Positions 25,508 through 32,000 of a stretch of 32,000 bases of DNA are shown here, piece after piece. This stretch comes from an uncultured Chloroflexia bacterium (GTDB taxonomy: Bacteria > Chloroflexota > Anaerolineae > Anaerolineales > Anaerolineaceae), in the NCBI GenBank assembly GCA_963704755.1, contig OY969938.1, forward strand, positions 1,680,001 to 1,712,000. Reading direction: 5' to 3'. The stretch's first letter is position 1. Each line of letters opens with the position of its first letter. Position numbers and translations under genes: made by a program. The notes beneath the pieces were generated by a model, which was not told the origin of the DNA, did no database searches, and was given only the letters and a program-made list of their open reading frames with translations.

Positions 25508-26246
25508 TCAATCCAAAATTAACCTGGCTCGCTGGAAACGGGCCATGGCCAGCGAAATCACGAAGATGTTGGCCACGATCAAGACAGCCAGTCCTACCAC
25601 GATTACGCTCTGCAGCGATATCCCCGATACGGCACTGATAATCGATTGGAGCATACCGGCCGGCAAGAACTGGACGCCCAGGAACGGCACGATCCAGAGG
25701 ATAATCAAGACAATGCTCAAGCGCTGGTAGGCCTGGCGGGCGTTTTCGGCCCGCAGTGAGACCAGCACCCCTACCGAAGCCAGCAACAAAGACACCAGGA
25801 AGCTGAACACCGTGGCGCCCAGGAAAATGCCCCCGTTGTAGAACTGGATGGTCCCGTTGAAAAATGCCACGTTGATCGTCACGGCGCCCACCAGCATACT
25901 GCCGATGGCTAACAGCCAGGCGTACACAACGGTAGCGCCGATTTTGCCAAACAGGATAGCCCGGTCAGAAAGACGGCTGGCCAAAAGCGTTTCCAGGGTA
26001 TGGCGCTCGCGCTCCCCGGCGATCGAAATCGGTCACAATCCCCATCGCGGAGAAAATGGGCATCCACGACCAGAGCAAAGCCCCCACCGGACTGCTCAGC
26101 CACTTTTGCCCTTGCATCATGGGCATCAACACCCCAATGATCGCCACCAGAATCAGCATATTACCGATCCCGCCGCGCAAACTGCCCCGCATCAAAAATA
26201 TTTCCTTGAATTCCTTCCGGATGATCGTAAGAATGTCAGTTAACAT
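25508..26246 (-). pseudogene. ABC-2 type transporter permease, interrupted by a 1-nt frameshift
   Basis: Two overlapping ORFs (26246-25965 and 25984-25508) join into one 245-aa permease if one T of the coding-strand GATTTCGATC is removed (plus-strand AAA at 26026-26028). The joined reading restores [31 protein letters not shown], the conserved ABC-2 motif. Confidence 0.75.
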
Positions 26247-27180
26247 GTTCTTCCTCCATATCCATTAAACTCAGGAAGGCATCTTCCAGACTGGCCTTGC
26301 CTTTATGGACCTCCTCGATCTCTACATCATTGGTCACCAAATACTTGACCAGGCCGGCGGTATCCATCGGGCCGGTCAATTCGATTTCCAGGTGAGAATT
26401 GTTCTGGCGCAAACCGGCCACGCCCGCTTGCTGGCGCAGCGCGTCCAGCACGGATGGGGTAAAGCCGCGGCCGATGACTTCCAGGCGCGGGCCGCCGGTC
26501 CGTGCGCGCAGCTCGTCTGGAGCGCCGGTCATCAACAGCCGGCCTTCGCGGATCACACCCACTTGCTGGCAGAGCTTTTCGGCTTCGGGCAGGTTGTGAG
26601 TGGTCAGGAATACGGTCACACCCTGCATGCGCACCAGGTTTTCCAGGTCCTCGCGCAGAGTCGCCGAGGCGACCGGGTCCAGCCCGGCGGTGGGCTCGTC
26701 CAGAAAAACCAGCTTGGGCCGGTGCATCAACACCCGCGCCACGGCCAGTTTCTGCTTCATCCCACGGCTCCAGGAGCCCACCGTTTCTTTGCGGCGGTCC
26801 CACAAGTCCAGGTTATCCAACAGCTCGTGGATGCGGGCGCTGCGCTCGGCAGATGACATGTGCCAGATGCGCCCATAAAAATCCAGGTTATCTTCGGCGC
26901 TCAGGCGCTCGTACAGCCCGGTGTGCTCCAGCAGTGCCCCGCTGTTCGTCCGAATCTGGTCGGCCCCGCTGCGCGTATCCTGGCCCATGACGATCGCCTG
27001 GCCGGCAGTCGGCTCGAGCAGCCCCAGCAGCAAGCGAATGGTGGTGGTCTTCCCGGAGCCATTCGGCCCGAGAAAGCCAAAAACGATCCCATTGGGCACT
27101 TCGAAATCGACCCCATCCACCGCGCGGATCGCGCCGAAGGAACGGCTCAACTGGTGTGTTTGAATCGCGTACATCGACAT
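26236..27180 (-). CDS. ABC transporter ATP-binding protein
   Basis: It has Walker A GFLGPNGSGKTTT, the signature motif WSRGMKQKLAVA and Walker B LVFLDEPTAGLD. ATG at 27180 has an AGGAG RBS 7 nt upstream. The stop overlaps the permease start by 11 nt. Confidence 0.9.
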   Translation of the reverse strand: MSMYAIQTHQLSRSFGAIRAVDGVDFEVPNGIVFGFLGPNGSGKTTTIRLLLGLLEPTAGQAIVMGQDTRSGADQIRTNSGALLEHTGLYERLSAEDNLDFYGRIWHMSSAERSARIHELLDNLDLWDRRKETVGSWSRGMKQKLAVARVLMHRPKLVFLDEPTAGLDPVASATLREDLENLVRMQGVTVFLTTHNLPEAEKLCQQVGVIREGRLLMTGAPDELRARTGGPRLEVIGRGFTPSVLDALRQQAGVAGLRQNNSHLEIELTGPMDTAGLVKYLVTNDVEIEEVHKGKASLEDAFLSLMDMEEEHVN

Positions 27181-27415
27181 TCTAATCTCCTGAAGCAACT
27201 GCCTGGCTCATCGGGTAAAATCTCCGCAAACTGCTCAATTTCGGGAACTTCTTAATATGAGCCTGAACAATTACCTCCTAAAATATTCCTTGCCCGATCT
27301 ACAGGAGCGGTCAAGGTTAAAAAGCATATATCGATCTGGCCAACCGGCGCAGTTAATCCGGCGCGGCCTGTACGGCCCGCCAGGTATCTGCTCTGGATTG
27401 ATCTACCGGTAAAAA

Positions 27416-27724
27416 CTACGAAATCTCATCTACGATCTTTTTCAATTGGCTGCGGTATTCCTCGAAGGCTTTCCGGCCGGCCGGGGTCAACTGCACCAGG
27501 GTTTGCGGAATCTTGCCCCGAAAGGTCTTTTCAATTTCGACATAATTTGCGTCCTCCAGTTTAGCCAGGTGGGCCGAAAGGTTGCCCTTGGTCAGCCCGG
27601 TTTCGCGCAGCAAAAAAAGGAAGTCTGCTTTTTCGGCGGTATAAAGGATCGAGGCAATAACCAGGCGCGAGGGCTCGTGGAGCAAGCGGTCTACTCCAGT
27701 AAAGCTGCTCACATCCGTGCTCAT
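27416..27724 (-). CDS. Winged-helix (ArsR/MarR-like) transcriptional regulator
   Basis: The 102-aa product reads LHEPSRLVIASILYTAEKADFLFLLRETGLTKGNLSAHLAKLEDANYVEIEKTFRGKIPQT, a wHTH pattern. The start overlaps the upstream gene stop (ATGA at 27721-27724). Confidence 0.75.
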   Translation of the reverse strand: MSTDVSSFTGVDRLLHEPSRLVIASILYTAEKADFLFLLRETGLTKGNLSAHLAKLEDANYVEIEKTFRGKIPQTLVQLTPAGRKAFEEYRSQLKKIVDEIS

Positions 27725-28359
27725 TGCTCTGCCCCATCCAGGTAGCCAACGCCGGTACGGCGCAGGTAACCTCTCAACGCCAACAGGCCCGAGAGCAGCC
27801 AGATAAACCCGGTCACGGCCAGGAGAACCCCGATGTCGCCGGGATAACCCAGGCCCAAAAGCAGGATCGCCGGGCCGAGCAGAAAGCTGAACGCCGACAA
27901 AAAGTAAAAACGCACCAGGCCGGTCTGCAAACCACGAAAGAGGCCGAACAAGGCACTCGCCAGGCCCATCATCAAAGGCGGCAGCTTGAACGCCAGGTTC
28001 CCGTCCAGAAATTTCAACAGGAAAATCGTCAGCATGCTGACCAGGCCGGCGAGAACGGCGACCACGATCCGGTGCTGCGCGGATATTTTGCGTAATTCAA
28101 CATAGCCGGTGCGCGGGTAGGTCAGCTTCTCTTTGGCCCGCGATATCGCCTGCCGGGCCAGGAACATCAAGGCCAGGCTGAAAAAAGGCATGCCCAACCC
28201 ATTGGCCCAGGAACGAATGTCCTTGGGCAGCAGGTCGAAGACCATGAAGGTCAGGCCCAGTACCAGAATGACCGCGCCTCCGGCCATTTCCGGGATGCCG
28301 TCCTCGAACCAGTAGGCATTAATCCGTTTTTGAGCATTTCGAACAGGATCGCGTTCCAT
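27721..28359 (-). CDS. Polytopic membrane protein of unknown function, co-transcribed with the wHTH regulator
   Basis: There are about 6 hydrophobic segments. ATG at 28359 has a GGAG RBS 5 nt upstream. No family was recognised. Confidence 0.6.
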   Translation of the reverse strand: MERDPVRNAQKRINAYWFEDGIPEMAGGAVILVLGLTFMVFDLLPKDIRSWANGLGMPFFSLALMFLARQAISRAKEKLTYPRTGYVELRKISAQHRIVVAVLAGLVSMLTIFLLKFLDGNLAFKLPPLMMGLASALFGLFRGLQTGLVRFYFLSAFSFLLGPAILLLGLGYPGDIGVLLAVTGFIWLLSGLLALRGYLRRTGVGYLDGAEQ

Positions 28360-28367
28360 CAAATCTC

Positions 28368-28400
28368 CGTAAACGAGTTTGCGTTACAAACCAGTTTACG
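28368..28400. promoter_or_regulatory. Dyad-symmetric element in the leader of the membrane-protein/wHTH operon (candidate operator or RNA hairpin)
   Basis: CGTAAAC-gag-TTTG-cgttac-AAAC-cag-GTTTACG has 7+4 bp symmetric arms. It lies immediately upstream of the RBS. Confidence 0.25.
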
Positions 28401-28454
28401 AATATTACAATAATTCCTGGCGGATGTCAAGGGGAAAAATCCGTTAACGAACGT

Positions 28455-28490
28455 AAAAGGGCGGCCCCAGTCTGGAAACCGAGCCGCCCT
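28455..28490 (-). terminator. Possible terminator downstream of dnaA
   Basis: On the minus strand, AGGGCGGC-(17 nt)-GCCGCCCT is followed by TTTT. It lies about 66 nt after the dnaA stop. The loop is large, so confidence is moderate. Confidence 0.4.
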
Positions 28491-28555
28491 ACTCTTCTTC
28501 TCCTACCCGATTCTTCTTTGTGTGCTACGGGTATTCTGTGGTCGGAATGCTGCGC

Positions 28556-29890
28556 TTACGCCGGCAGGCCGAAAAGCTGCTCGCGCAGTTGCAGTACCTG
28601 GCGGCGCAGGTGATCGTCGCGTTCGATCAGGTCGGCGACTTTCTCGCAGGCGTACATTACCGTGGTGTGGTCACGGCCGCCAAGCGCCTCACCGATCTGC
28701 GGGAGCGAAATATTGCCTACCTCGCGCATCAGGTACATGGCCACCTGGCGAGGCAGCACAACCTCACGCGAGCGCCCTCGCCCCAGGATCCGGTCGCGGT
28801 TGATGCCAAAAGCGCTGGCTACCGCGGCCAGAACGCTGTTCGGCTCCACCGACGTGCGCTGTGGGATCAGGTCGGCCAGGGCCACATTGACCATATCGGT
28901 CGTCAACTGCTGTCCGGAAAGGTCCGCGTAAGCCATGACCCGGGTCAGGGCCCCTTCCAATTCACGAATATTGGACTGGATCTGGCGGGCAATGGCGTAC
29001 AGGATATCGGGCGGGACCTGGCGGGAGGCGCGGTCGGCCTTGGAGCGTAAAATCGCAATACGCGTCTCCAGGTCGGCCGGCTGGATATCGACGGTCAGCC
29101 CCCACTCGAAGCGCGAGCGCAGCCGTTCTTCCAGGGTAACCATGGCCTTCGGCGGCCGGTCAGAGGAAAGCACGATCTGCTTTTCCTGGTTGTGCAGGGT
29201 ATTGAAGGTATGGAAGAATTCTTCCTGGGTCGATTCTTTGCCGGCAATGAACTGGACGTCATCGATCAAGAGCACATCAATGGTGCGGTAATGATCCCGA
29301 AAAGCCTGGGTGTTGTGGGTGCGGATCGAATTGATCAGGTCGTTGGCGAAATCTTCCGACGAGACGTACAACACTTGCAAGCCGGCCCGCGCGGCGCTGT
29401 TGCCGATGGCATGCAGCAGGTGGGTTTTGCCCAACCCCACCCCGCCATACAGGAACAGCGGGTTGTAGGCATGGGCGGGGCTGTCAGCCACCGCCATGCA
29501 AGCCGCGTGAGCCATCCGGTTGCTGGCCCCAACCACGAAGTTATCGAAGCGGTACCGGTTGATCAGCGTCTGGTTCTGGGGCTTCTGCTGGGTGCGCACC
29601 GGAGGCAGATCTTCTTCAGCCACGACCGGCAGGTTTTCTATCTCATGATGCCAGACCACAAATTCAACACTCACCGGGCATTCCATATGGCCGGCCATCA
29701 AATGGGACACTGTGCTGGAAAGCCGGCTGGCCAACCAATCCCGGGCGTAAGCGTTGCGTACGCCGACGGTAACGGTATCACCCTCCTGTTTCACTAATTC
29801 TGCACTGCGGACCCAGGTATCAAAAGATGCCTTGGACATGTCCATTTGTAATTGACCGAGCGTAGCCTGCCAGGCTTGTTGAAGATTCAT
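28556..29890 (-). CDS. dnaA: Chromosomal replication initiator protein DnaA
   Basis: The domain III AAA+ motifs are NPLFLYGGVGLGKTHLLHAIGN and LLIDDVQFIAGKESTQEEFFHTFN. Domain IV reads RSREVVLPRQVAMYLMRE...SLPQIGEALGGRDHTTVMYA. ATG at 29890 has a GGGAGG RBS 6 nt upstream; the ORF-track start at 29905 is TTG. Confidence 0.95.
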   Translation of the reverse strand: MNLQQAWQATLGQLQMDMSKASFDTWVRSAELVKQEGDTVTVGVRNAYARDWLASRLSSTVSHLMAGHMECPVSVEFVVWHHEIENLPVVAEEDLPPVRTQQKPQNQTLINRYRFDNFVVGASNRMAHAACMAVADSPAHAYNPLFLYGGVGLGKTHLLHAIGNSAARAGLQVLYVSSEDFANDLINSIRTHNTQAFRDHYRTIDVLLIDDVQFIAGKESTQEEFFHTFNTLHNQEKQIVLSSDRPPKAMVTLEERLRSRFEWGLTVDIQPADLETRIAILRSKADRASRQVPPDILYAIARQIQSNIRELEGALTRVMAYADLSGQQLTTDMVNVALADLIPQRTSVEPNSVLAAVASAFGINRDRILGRGRSREVVLPRQVAMYLMREVGNISLPQIGEALGGRDHTTVMYACEKVADLIERDDHLRRQVLQLREQLFGLPA

Positions 29891-30408
29891 GGCCCGTCCT
29901 CCCAAGTTTGATTTGGACTAATGAGACTGGTTCAGGACAATACGAAAGTAAACCCACTGGCGAATCATTCAGTGGGACAGAATTAAAAATTATTGCTTTT
30001 TATCCAGGTCTCGGTAATGAAGATGGGAGCGCCAGGCTCTCATCCGGGATATCCCCGACTTTCATTGTGTTGCCTATTCTAACAGAAAGGATCAGGCTTA
30101 AACAAGCTGTTTTCCCTACGCAAGTTTAAAAATTAATGGATCTTTAAGGAATTTAATGTTAAAGAATACTTAATCTTTCAGCCGATTAATTCGTGATATT
30201 TTAGTTGGGTACCAACACCATAGTTGCGGCTTTTTCGGCTGCGCGTTCTCCACATATACCGTTAATGGGCTTATTTTTCGATCTACCCCCCACAGGTGGG
30301 ATTAACTCAAAAATATTGCGGTTCGTTTACCGAGGTCTATTATGCAAGTGAGATTCATAAAACAACCTCTCCCCGAGAATCAATTCGTTAACATTTTTAA
30401 TTGTCGGA
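29891..30408. other. Putative oriC / dnaA promoter region
   Basis: This is a 518-bp non-coding gap upstream of dnaA. It has a strongly AT-rich block at about 30121-30215 in an otherwise GC-rich window. DnaA-box-like 9-mers are TTCTCCACA (30246-30254, 8/9) and TTATCCAGG (30000-30008, 7/9). Confidence 0.4.
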
Positions 30409-31701
30409 TCAGGCCTCGGACAAAATCCGCCGGGCAGCCTCGCGGCCAATCCGCACGGCGAAATTCGTACCGCGGTCCCAGGGATAAACCTGGCTCATGC
30501 TGGCAAAATAGATGCCTTTCAAAGGCGTGGCCAGGTCGGGGATGTTTTGCGAATGGTTGACCAATGGGATCGGCTGGGCATATTGGGTGCGGAACAACCA
30601 GGATTTACGCACCCAATCCGGCTTGAAATCCGGGTTGAAGCGCGGCAGGACCGGCATAAACTTTTCCAGAATCTCGTCTTTGCTCAAGCGGAAGTTCTCG
30701 TGATCGATATCCAGGTAATCGCCAATATAGACGATGTGATCGCCGCCAAAATGTTCGACCGGGACGAAGTTGGTGTGCTCCACCAGCGCCAGGAAGGGGA
30801 AACCCGCGCTCTTGGGAATGTTGTACCAGTAATAACCCTCTTTCGAAAGCTGCTGGCGCAGCGCAAGGACCATCACCACCGCGCCCATGCTCTTTAAATT
30901 GAGCAGCCCGCCCAGGTAGTCCTTCGGCAGCGAAGGCGCCAGGCGCGCAAACAACCCCGGCCCAAGGGTGACCAGGCAGCGGTCGAAGGTTTCGGCCTCG
31001 CTGCCCGCGAGAGAAATCTTCACCCGGCCGGCGCCATCCGGTTCGATTTGCTCAACCGGGGTCTTCAGGCGGATTTGAACGCCGCGCTTGCGCAGGATAT
31101 CGGCAAACGCGTCCGAAAAGGCCTGGAACCCGCCCTGGAAGGTCCCCAGGCGAGTGGAACGCGCCTTAAGCCGGGCCCAGAACCAGGCCATATTTACGTC
31201 TTGAAAATACCTTCCGAATTTGCCCTGCAAAAGCGGCTCGAATTGCAAGCCATACAGCTTGTCGCCGTAAGCCTTGCGCATCCAGGCGTCGGCGGTGACC
31301 TTTTCTAAGGGCTTCCAGCCGGCCAGGTACCGCAGGTACACCGTCACGAAGCCGAAACGGGCAATATCCACCAGGTTGAAGCCGGGGAAAGTCAGTGCAG
31401 CCAGGGGCGAATCGAACGGGTAGAAGTGATCTTTGTAGAACACCACCGTCTTCGGTCGCGGGAAAAACACTTTATCCTGCAAGCCAAGTTCGTTGATCAG
31501 ACCCAACATGTCATGATCGCTCTGGAACCAGTGGTGGTAAAAATGCTCCACCGACCAATCCCAATTCTCGTCCTTGAAGCCGGCGGCCAATCCGCCCGCC
31601 TGTTCAGACGCCTCGAAAATGACCACTTCGTGGCCGGCGTTGATGAAATCGTAAGCGGCTGCCATGCCGCCGTGGCCCGCGCCAATGATCGCGATACGCA
31701 T
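30409..31701 (-). CDS. FAD/NAD(P)-binding oxidoreductase (phytoene-desaturase/amine-oxidase superfamily)
   Basis: The N-terminal dinucleotide fold is MRIAIIGAGHGGMAAAYDF...VVIFEASEQAGGLA, at 430 aa. An AAGGA RBS is present. The substrate is not assignable from sequence alone. Confidence 0.8.
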   Translation of the reverse strand: MRIAIIGAGHGGMAAAYDFINAGHEVVIFEASEQAGGLAAGFKDENWDWSVEHFYHHWFQSDHDMLGLINELGLQDKVFFPRPKTVVFYKDHFYPFDSPLAALTFPGFNLVDIARFGFVTVYLRYLAGWKPLEKVTADAWMRKAYGDKLYGLQFEPLLQGKFGRYFQDVNMAWFWARLKARSTRLGTFQGGFQAFSDAFADILRKRGVQIRLKTPVEQIEPDGAGRVKISLAGSEAETFDRCLVTLGPGLFARLAPSLPKDYLGGLLNLKSMGAVVMVLALRQQLSKEGYYWYNIPKSAGFPFLALVEHTNFVPVEHFGGDHIVYIGDYLDIDHENFRLSKDEILEKFMPVLPRFNPDFKPDWVRKSWLFRTQYAQPIPLVNHSQNIPDLATPLKGIYFASMSQVYPWDRGTNFAVRIGREAARRILSEA

Positions 31702-31708
31702 GCTGGCT

Positions 31709-32000
31709 TTATCCTTTCAATGCGGTGGGTTCAACCTCGGCCACCGTTTGACCTTTGCGAACGTCCTTGCCCCAGCGCAGTGGCTGGCGGAAATAATAGA
31801 AGGCGCCCAATGCCGTGATCGGCAGCCACAAGGCCACGTGCAGCAGCCCTGTATAAGCCGTAGCATCCGCCTGCGCGACCCCATATGCCACCAGGACGGC
31901 AATGCCGGGTCCGTCGAATGTACCGATATAGCCCGGCGCGGATGGAATCGTCGTGGCAATGTTGACGATGCCGTTCATCAGCATCAGGGCAAAAAAGCTG
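31709..32000 (-). CDS. C-terminal part of a UPF0104/LPG-synthase-TM-like (flippase-like) membrane protein; the gene continues beyond the window
   Basis: The segment IPSAPGYIGTFDGPGIAVLVAYGV...AYTGLLHVALWLPITALGAFYY matches the conserved C-terminal TM region of this family. The frame is open to the window edge. The stop lies 8 nt before the oxidoreductase start. Confidence 0.65.
   Translation of the reverse strand, partial: SFFALMLMNGIVNIATTIPSAPGYIGTFDGPGIAVLVAYGVAQADATAYTGLLHVALWLPITALGAFYYFRQPLRWGKDVRKGQTVAEVEPTALKG

Noticed and set aside
29908-30129. 73-aa ORF in the dnaA upstream region
   Set aside because: It lies in the AT-rich putative origin and promoter region. It has a non-ATG start in the ORF track, no RBS and no recognisable motif.

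Overview
The window is a moderately GC-rich bacterial chromosome segment. The protein flavour suggests Chloroflexota/Anaerolineae, but that is unverified inference. No rRNA, tRNA, CRISPR or cas genes were recognised. (1) Positions 1-18.3 kb are one co-directional, often translationally coupled, surface-polysaccharide locus. It holds GT4 glycosyltransferases, a Wzy/O-antigen-ligase-like polymerase, a CapK/PaaK-like adenylating enzyme and a GT2 with a probable 1-nt frameshift. It also holds an initiating phosphoglycosyl transferase in an unusual order (catalytic domain, TM block, Rossmann-like domain) fused to a degenerate GGDEF domain that keeps an RxxD I-site. Downstream are an NDP-aminosugar trio (4,6-dehydratase-like SDR, nucleotidyltransferase, DegT aminotransferase), a fused Wzz/BY-kinase, a Cys-rich LysM/Pro-Thr-rich membrane protein and a 1083-aa secreted protein with 8 tandem ~114-aa repeats. 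A convergent beta-helix lipoprotein follows. (2) Positions 18.3-25.5 kb are an accessory patch packed with structured non-coding repeats. These include nested palindromic cassettes with perfect 24-26 bp hairpins, a small MITE-like element and a 0.77 kb higher-order tandem array. The patch also has DinB-family, M48-protease and uncharacterised Cys/Trp/His-rich genes and a ~1.25 kb DDE-transposase IS with imperfect terminal inverted repeats. (3) Positions 25.5-32 kb carry an ABC-2 exporter (permease interrupted by a 1-nt frameshift) and a winged-helix regulator with a membrane protein. They also carry dnaA with an AT-rich putative oriC upstream (no adjacent dnaN), an FAD/NAD(P) oxidoreductase and a partial UPF0104-type membrane protein. 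The most interesting items are the PGT-GGDEF fusion and the two families of structured intergenic repeats.
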